NCBI GenBank assembly: GCA_002478945.1
Contig: DLKM01000028.1
Span: 57,136-121,135 of the forward strand
Direction: 5' to 3'
DNA length: 64,000 bases
From: Christensenella sp. UBA7588
Lineage (GTDB): Bacteria > Bacillota > Clostridia > Christensenellales > CAG-917
Under the pieces are notes generated by a model. The model had not been told where the DNA came from and ran no database searches. It saw nothing but the letters and a program-made list of their open reading frames with translations. Below are positions 63,294-64,000 of this stretch, piece after piece. The translations under genes were made by a program, and so were the position numbers. How positions within the stretch are numbered: position 1 is the stretch's first letter; the number at the start of each line of letters is the position of its first letter.

Positions 63294-63326
63294 AAATCGC
63301 TTGTCCTTGTGACAAGCGATTTTTTC
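63294..63326 (+). terminator. rho-independent terminator (stem arms identical to the pckA terminator)
   Basis: AAATCGCTTGTC cttgt GACAAGCGATTT followed by TTTTC. Confidence 0.85.
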
Positions 63327-63433
63327 TGTTAAAAACCGTTGAATTTACAAGCAAGTTTTCACGAAGAACGGTTGCGCTTTTTTGAAAGAACGTCGGGAGT
63401 AGCGGAAGAATCGTTGATTTTGTAAACTTTTTC

Positions 63434-63462
63434 TTGAAAGCAACGGTAATAAATGGTATAAT
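63434..63462 (+). promoter_or_regulatory. consensus-like sigma-A promoter abutting the marR start
   Basis: TTGAAA (63434-63439), a 17-nt spacer, then TATAAT (63457-63462), then 6 nt before ATG 63469. Confidence 0.6.
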
Positions 63463-63468
63463 ACGATT

Positions 63469-63891
63469 ATGGATACGAAAAATACGGCTTATTATTTTTC
63501 GGCGTTTCGCAAATTGTTGCGTTCATACACCGATTATCAAATGAAAGAACTTAAAGATTACGACCTTACGCCCAACGAAGTCGTGGTGCTTTCGAGCATA
63601 GGAACATTCGGTATGGCAAGCGAGATTGCCTCGTCTGCCTGTGTTTCCAAGGCTCTCGTTTCGCGTAGCGTAAAACAACTCAAAGACAAAGGCTTTATCA
63701 AAGCAAATATATCTTCCGTTGACAAGAGAGAGCAGATTCTCGAACTCACTCCGCAAGGCGAAGCCGTGGCGGAACTAATATCCGAGGCAAACGACAAGTT
63801 TTACGCCGTGGCATTCAATCATTTCGAGGACAACGAAAGACGCGTATTGCAGGCTCTGTTGAAACTTATGTTGCAGAACCTGAACGAATAA
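63469..63891 (+). CDS. MarR-family transcriptional regulator
   Basis: 140 aa. LTPNEVVVLSSI...ASEIASSACVSKALVSRSVKQLKDKGFI is a winged-helix MarR pattern. Confidence 0.85.
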   Translation: MDTKNTAYYFSAFRKLLRSYTDYQMKELKDYDLTPNEVVVLSSIGTFGMASEIASSACVSKALVSRSVKQLKDKGFIKANISSVDKREQILELTPQGEAVAELISEANDKFYAVAFNHFEDNERRVLQALLKLMLQNLNE

Positions 63892-64000
63892 TTCAAGCGC
63901 GCTTTTAATAAAATCGGTTAGAATACGCAAAATCCATAATTTTCAAGATTTTGCAATATATATAAAGTTAAAAAATATAGGGGACAATTATGAAAATCAT

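Noticed and set aside
1-64000. Search for CRISPR arrays, rRNA/tRNA genes, IS elements, integrases, prophage or toxin-antitoxin/defence modules.
   Set aside because: I saw no regularly spaced direct repeats, no rRNA- or tRNA-like sequence, and no transposase, recombinase, reverse-transcriptase or nuclease-ATPase signatures in any frame.
63990-64000. ATG at 63990 (ATGAAAATCAT...) preceded by a weak GGGGA, possibly the next gene.
   Set aside because: Only 11 nt lie inside the window, which is too little to support a call.

Overview
This is a 64-kb chromosomal segment that looks like a spore-forming Clostridia-type Firmicute, based on spoVG, an M50 SpoIVFB-type protease, a SpoVB/MurJ-type flippase, rnfCDGEAB, rex and a SCIFF RiPP pair. 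I call about 56 densely packed protein genes, most of them housekeeping. In order they are:
- a GlpA-like / FAD-oxidoreductase / DUF1667 / FGGY-kinase / AGPS-like oxidase cluster;
- spoVG, murC and a DUF4363-DUF421 pair;
- a flippase next to a 1469-aa multi-repeat surface lipoprotein;
- two half-size TauE/TSUP genes and rnfCDGEAB;
- ppx, maf and an mreB-like gene, then an AT-rich XRE + lipoprotein insert;
- minD, minE, spoIVFB and ROK glucokinase;
- the TIGR03960/TIGR03936 radical-SAM pair with RNase G;
- an MDR dehydrogenase, O-antigen-ligase-like protein, lipoprotein hydrolase and PLP decarboxylase;
- SCIFF peptide (missing from the ORF track) with its maturase, then ybaK;
- two tandem paralogous membrane-anchored surface proteins;
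- an AT-rich islet with a lipoprotein and a secreted papain-like peptidase;
- rex, a degenerate IPMDH/IDH homologue and an unusual amino-acid ABC transporter;
- marR-MATE, holA, a membrane protein and cdaA-DUF1015;
- aspartate kinase, pckA, a membrane-anchored hypothetical protein and marR.

I saw no rRNA, tRNA, CRISPR array, transposase, integrase or recognisable defence genes. The signals most worth a second look are:
1. Two copies of a three-tier nested hairpin. They share an identical 39-nt apex, have different but still complementary outer stems, and each starts on the stop codon of an unrelated gene (25.8 kb and 59.8 kb).
2. A ~450-nt ORF-less, hairpin-rich region with coding-like GC after the second copy, inside the largest (~760 nt) intergenic gap.
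3. A tandemly duplicated promoter-gene-terminator cassette with mosaic conservation.
4. Unusual protein architectures: split TSUP, an ABC ATPase with a ~105-aa insertion, an apparently circularly permuted binding protein, and an IPMDH-like protein with substituted catalytic residues.
5. Three genes with TATAAT-N6-ATG (leaderless-type) geometry.

All family assignments come from motif recognition by eye. No database search was run.
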